Positions 41,044 through 45,523 of a DNA stretch of 45,523 nt are shown here, piece by piece. This DNA is from Neolecta irregularis DAH-3 (lineage: Eukaryota). Numbering within the stretch: position 1 is the stretch's first letter; the number at the start of each line of letters is the position of its first letter. Below the pieces are notes generated by a model. The model did no database searches and was not told the DNA's origin. It worked only from the letters and a program-made list of their open reading frames with translations. The translations under genes and the position numbers were made by a program. Location: the NCBI GenBank assembly GCA_001929475.1, contig LXFE01001251.1:1-45523 (forward strand), in the 5' to 3' direction.

Positions 41044-41912
41044 TTAAATGCCCCTGTTTTGATGTCCCCCGCGTTTCCCAGCATCGTTATGCTAGTCTCA
41101 TCCGCAAGCAAGGTCCTGCGTGTGGCCGGTCTGCAGGGAATATGTTTGCTAAATAACAAGATTTGCCCTCTATTTGTAGCCTCTCGTGTAAATATGAAGC
41201 GCCTGCTTGATGTATGTCTTCGACTTCTCCAATACCTGTCCTGCTCCATCGATGGAGTTTCACCATCCGTACACATGCACCCGCTAGAAAACGCTAAATG
41301 AAAACTGTGCCTCTAAAATAGAAGTCCTCTTATCTCGTGGGACTAATGCTGGATTGGCCCCCCGGCCAAACTATGTACTTATCCATGCTGTGGGAAAAGG
41401 TAATTCTGCTACGCCGTAATGGATATTCTTGGGTGGCACGCGCTTATACCTGATTATACATATGAAACGTTTTCATGTTTCGGGCCTTCTGCCACACATG
41501 CTCAAATATAGGGTAGAATCACATATGCTACATTCTACGGGAAGCACTTCCAACGCCACTGAAAGTAAACCCAATTATATTCGAGATGATCAAAATATTG
41601 ATTTGCGAGAGACTGTCAACCAACCCTACAAGTTACAACTTTTATGACATGTTGGAGAAAGTTCAAAAGTAGTATATTTAAAACAGGTTTGGATGGATTG
41701 GTTTTGTTGCAGGCGAGAAGCATCTTGAATAGAGATTCCAGCCTTCTAGATAGCCTCCACGATAACAGCAAATTAATCAAATCGAGTCAAAAAAGGCGGA
41801 TAAATCAAAATCTTGAAAGGATACACAATTGTTGCAAGGATACAATGCCGGATGACAAAACTGTTTCCGAGTAGTTGAATTAAGCAGCTTGTAACAACCT
41901 CCAAAATTGCGC

Positions 41913-43614
41913 ATGTCTAAACGACCAACAAAATCCTCTTCAGACCAAATATCAGACCCATCAACACCCTCAAAACGTCAGAAATTTGAGACAAATGGGG
42001 TTGATGAAGTTCAGGCAGAGGACAACGTCTTGGAATTCTCCCCAGAAAAAGAAATCGTTCCCCCGAATGACAATTTGTATCTCGATACTGTACCAGCCGT
42101 ATCTATTGTTGAAAATAACAGTTAGATTGATCGGACCATGCTCGATTTTGATTTCGAGAAGCTCTGTTCTGTCTCATTATCCAATTTGAATGTCTACGCT
42201 TGTCTAGTCTGCGGAAAATACTACCAAGGTACTTTTCTGCGTAGCCTAAAGTCTAAACTATCGAGGTCGCGGTCAGTCATCTCATGCATACTTTCATAGT
42301 CTTCATGAAGATCACCATGTTTACATCAATTTGGCATCTTTAAAAGTTTACATTTTACCCGATGGCTACGAAGTGAAATCGGCTACGCTAAGCGACATAA
42401 AATACGTCGTTAACCCTACGTATAGCAAAGAGAAGGTCTCACGATTGGACAAGCAGCCAATTGTTGCTTACGATCTGACGAACAAAAAATACCTGCCTGG
42501 TAAGTAAGCCTGGGTGAGTCTTCTGATGAACTAGGGTTTGTTGGGTTGAATAACATTAAACAGAACGATTATTTGAATGTTGTGATTCAAGCGCTCACTA
42601 GAGTTACCCCACTACGCAACTTTTGCATGCTTGAAGATCTTTCATCGAGGTCAGAACTCGGTAATATCCAACTTGGATCTGCAGTTACTCACTGTACAGT
42701 GCAAAGATTTGCCGTCTTAATCCGCAAGCTATGGAACCCCAAATCTTTCAAAGCACATGTTTCTCCTCACGAGCTTCTTCAAGAAATCAGTGCCACATCA
42801 AACAAAAAATTCAAGCTTACAGAACAATCCGATCCGCTGGATTTCCTTGCGTGGTTTCTAAATAAGATTCACATAGATCTTGGTGGATCTAGGACGAAGC
42901 CGGGAACGAGCATTATCCACAAAGTCTTTCAAGGAAAAGTGAGAATGCAGACCCAGACTGTAAAAGTCTTAAACGAAGGAGACCGAGCTCGATTTGAGGG
43001 CCGACAAGTTACGGAGCAGATTATTCCGTTTCTGTTTCTAACATTAGAACTCCCCCCTCCGCCGTTATTCCAAGACGAAATGGAGAAAAATATTATCCCG
43101 CAGGTATAAGCTTTTTTTCAAAGATCCCGTTGCCGATTCACAGGTCGCTCTCTCAACCATCCTACAAAAGTATGATGGAGTCACAATCCAAGAACTCTCT
43201 GGCCAGCGAAAACGGTTCAAGATTAGCCAACTTTCACCTTTTCTGATCCTTCACATCAAAAGGTTTACAAAGAACAATTTCTTTGCGGAAAAAAATCCCA
43301 CGATTGTCAATTTTCCAATCAAGAACCTCGATATGGGACCATGTAATACTCTTTCAAGGGCCATCAAATAATCAATAGACGCGGAAGGCACACCGGAGAA
43401 CCAATCAACATTATATGATCTTGTCGCAAATATCACTCACGAGTCAGTAACAACACCCACAGGAGGCGAAAAGCATGTCTTCCGAGTCCAGGTACGAGAC
43501 AAGAGCAGAGATGAATGGATGCAAATCCAGGATCTCTATGTCGAAGAAATTCGAAAGGAAATGATTTTCTTGGGCGAGAGTTATGTACAAATTTGGGAGC
43601 GCCAAAAGCTATAA
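41913..43614 (+). CDS. SAD1: U4/U6.U5 tri-snRNP protein Sad1/USP39 (ZnF-UBP + inactive USP domain)
   Basis: LYLDTIDRTMLDFDFEKLCSVSLSNLNVYACLVCGKYYQGRG, GFVGLNNIKQNDYLN (catalytic Cys replaced by Asp), FKAHVSPHELLQ, EKNPTIVNFP, YVQIWER. Confidence 0.96.
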
Positions 43615-43976
43615 AAAGTAATAATATATTTCAAATACTTAATTGCCAAAGGATATATGTATTGCCTGTATTAGTCCCAACTACGTGTAAATCTGCCGAG
43701 CTAGGGTGGAGAAGCTTTTTATGGTTGATCTGCCACAATCAAGAAGTAGACCTCTTGCACTCATTAATTAAGAGTAGAGGTAGGCATATTTGTGACGTAT
43801 TTAAGGAGAAAAATAAGGGTACCGAGAGATGATATTAATTGAAAGCGTTAGTGTACAAACGGGGATCTGGAACTGTAAAAAGTCGTTGGCTGAAGACAAG
43901 TTTCTTCCAGCCCGTGACCGCTTTTTATACCATTTGTCAACCAACCTCCAGTATCTTCTAGTATGAAACTCTGTCG

Positions 43977-44399
43977 ATGAGCTACTATCAAATCCTGTCG
44001 ATATCCAAGGAATTTGCTCCGGAAGACTTAAAAAAGGCATATCATGCGGCTCTGCTAGCTTCACACCCAGACAAAACTCAAAAATCCAAAGACAGTATTG
44101 ATGCTATCAAGCAAGCGTATTGCGTTTTATCGAGTCCGAATTTGAGAAAGCAGTATGACACAAAAATTTCAAAAGGTAGGCCCCCTTCTTCTTGCTTACG
44201 TGATATAATAGATGATAAATTTCACAATATAATCGATTTGGATGATATGATTTACGATAACGGGATATTTAGTTATCCCTGTCGCTGCAGTGGCAAATAT
44301 GAGATCACAGAAGAAGAACTAGAGGATGGAAGGGATGTAGTTGGTTGCATTGGTTGTAGTCTCTGGATTCGGGTCGCGTATGAAGTTGTCGAAGGGTAA
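43977..44399 (+). CDS. DPH4: Diphthamide biosynthesis J-protein (J domain + CSL zinc finger)
   Basis: YYQIL..LKKAYHAALLASHPDK, IDLDDM, YPCRCSG..ITEEELE..VGCIGCSLWIRV. Probably contains one in-frame 36-nt intron (GTAGGC..AATAG). Confidence 0.9.
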   Translation: MSYYQILSISKEFAPEDLKKAYHAALLASHPDKTQKSKDSIDAIKQAYCVLSSPNLRKQYDTKISKGRPPSSCLRDIIDDKFHNIIDLDDMIYDNGIFSYPCRCSGKYEITEEELEDGRDVVGCIGCSLWIRVAYEVVEG

Positions 44400-44429
44400 T
44401 AGGAAATTAAAAAATAGATATACACTATA

Positions 44430-45523
44430 TTATTGCTGATAGTTTTGGTTGAACTCTTGAGATTGAGGAGGACATACCGGTTTGTTGAATAATGACATTA
44501 TTGCCTCTTTATCAAAACTTTGCTTAACTGGTTGATTTGGAATCTGTTGCTGTGGAAATGGTAGAGGTGAATGCATTGGCTGGTGCAAGTTGTGGAGTGA
44601 AACCTGTGGATGAGTTTGATACTGCACAGTTGGCAACATTTGTCGAGGCTGTGTAAAAGATTGCGTTTGACTTTGCGGTGGTTGCAACTGGATTTGTGAA
44701 GCATTATGCTGCTGAGACAATGCGTGATTGGGAACAGTCTGAGGCTGGTTATGATAAAGCACATATGGATTAAGATTCGTCTGCAGAGTCTGATTCTGCA
44801 GTGAAGTAAACGCTGTATTCAAGGGCTGTCGTGAATGCATAAAAGGATTCAAAGGCTGGCTTATTGACTGTGAAGATGGCTGGATCGGTTCACGAGTGAC
44901 CACAGTTGAAGGTGCTCGAGTCGAGGACAGTTGAGCTACTGGTTCATCAAATGGATTCCAGGGTTGGCATTGCTTTGGAAGTGGACTTGGTGGCTGTTGA
45001 AGGGCAACAAGCACTTCGATCGTTGAAGGGAGGTCTCCGTTCTTTAGTTTGAGGATTTCCAGATTCTTCGTGGCATTAGAAAAGCCCATTTCCTTCAGAT
45101 GAAGCAACTGGTTGATGTACTCGGATGACTGTGGGGATTGATTGCGTTCACTTTGAGCTAGGGACGGTTTCCGTAACGGATATCGATTGGGATCCGAAAC
45201 TTGGAAAGCCTTTCTTTCGTACTTATCTCTAATATACCGCTCCATGACCCTTTATTTGTTAGACTAACGGCTTAGGCTACACGTACTCGTCGTCATTCAT
45301 ATAACCTACGGGCATAGGATGCCGCAAGGGGTCCGAATTAAAAATTGCATTCGATTTGATGTTTCCGAGATCCCTCATGTTCTGAACTGAATAAAAGACA
45401 TTAATAGGGAATTGCCATACGTCTATTTGATGGGGTTGCCACGAATCCAAGCTGACGCTTTTAACTTTTGATATGTGTCTCACACGTTAGTCTCTATACT
45501 AGACGCGTTCCTACGTTCCCATT
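44430..45523 (-). CDS. ArfGAP-UBA protein (Gts1/Ucp3-like), 3' half; 5' half is at window positions 1-390
   Basis: HISKVKSVSLDSW, MRDLGNIKSNAIFN, MERYIRDKYERKAF (end of ArfGAP), UBA-like LKEMGFSNATKNLEILKLKNGDL, NPF motifs, Q-rich tail, DKEAIMSLF. Confidence 0.92.
45337..45523 (+). repeat. Terminal direct repeat, copy 2 (matches 1-187)
   Basis: Identical to 1-187 except at 45403, 45408, 45424 and 45457. Confidence 0.98.

Noticed and set aside
40467-41276. 269-aa and 145-aa minus-strand ORFs
   Set aside because: Antisense to the spliced plus-strand gene in GC-rich DNA; no domain signal.
41059-41874. Short ORFs between the small protein and SAD1
   Set aside because: No motifs or consistent splice structure; treated as intergenic.

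Overview
Gene-dense fungal (ascomycete) nuclear DNA with many very short introns (mostly about 33-50 nt). The style suggests an early-diverging Taphrinomycotina such as Neolecta; that is inference only. It holds about 20 housekeeping genes: ArfGAP-UBA split across the two window ends, RIB2-type deaminase, PRP28, palF/RIM8 (cut by an N-gap), a GCK-III kinase, a DUF5321-like protein, TRM140, ERG12, RAM2, a synaptojanin-like phosphatase, GFA1, Moco sulfurase, an SLC12 transporter, RAMP4/YSY6, an INA17-like gene, an SHPRH/IRC20-like SNF2-RING helicase, CDC6, a Zn2Cys6 factor, a small unknown protein, SAD1 and DPH4. It also holds a U4 snRNA gene and a Harbinger/Tourist-like MITE. Main oddities: (1) Splice signals look unusually relaxed. 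Two introns seem to end in TGG rather than YAG, GAG acceptors are chosen over a nearer TAG, and several donors are GC or possibly GG, suggesting 3' splice sites set by distance from the branch point. (2) GC-rich islands flip from G-rich to C-rich on the + strand at a central minisatellite, once inside a single gene. (3) The window is circularly permuted: its first and last 187 bp are the same piece of the ArfGAP gene, differing by 4 silent changes. All exon structures were derived by eye, without RNA data or database searches.
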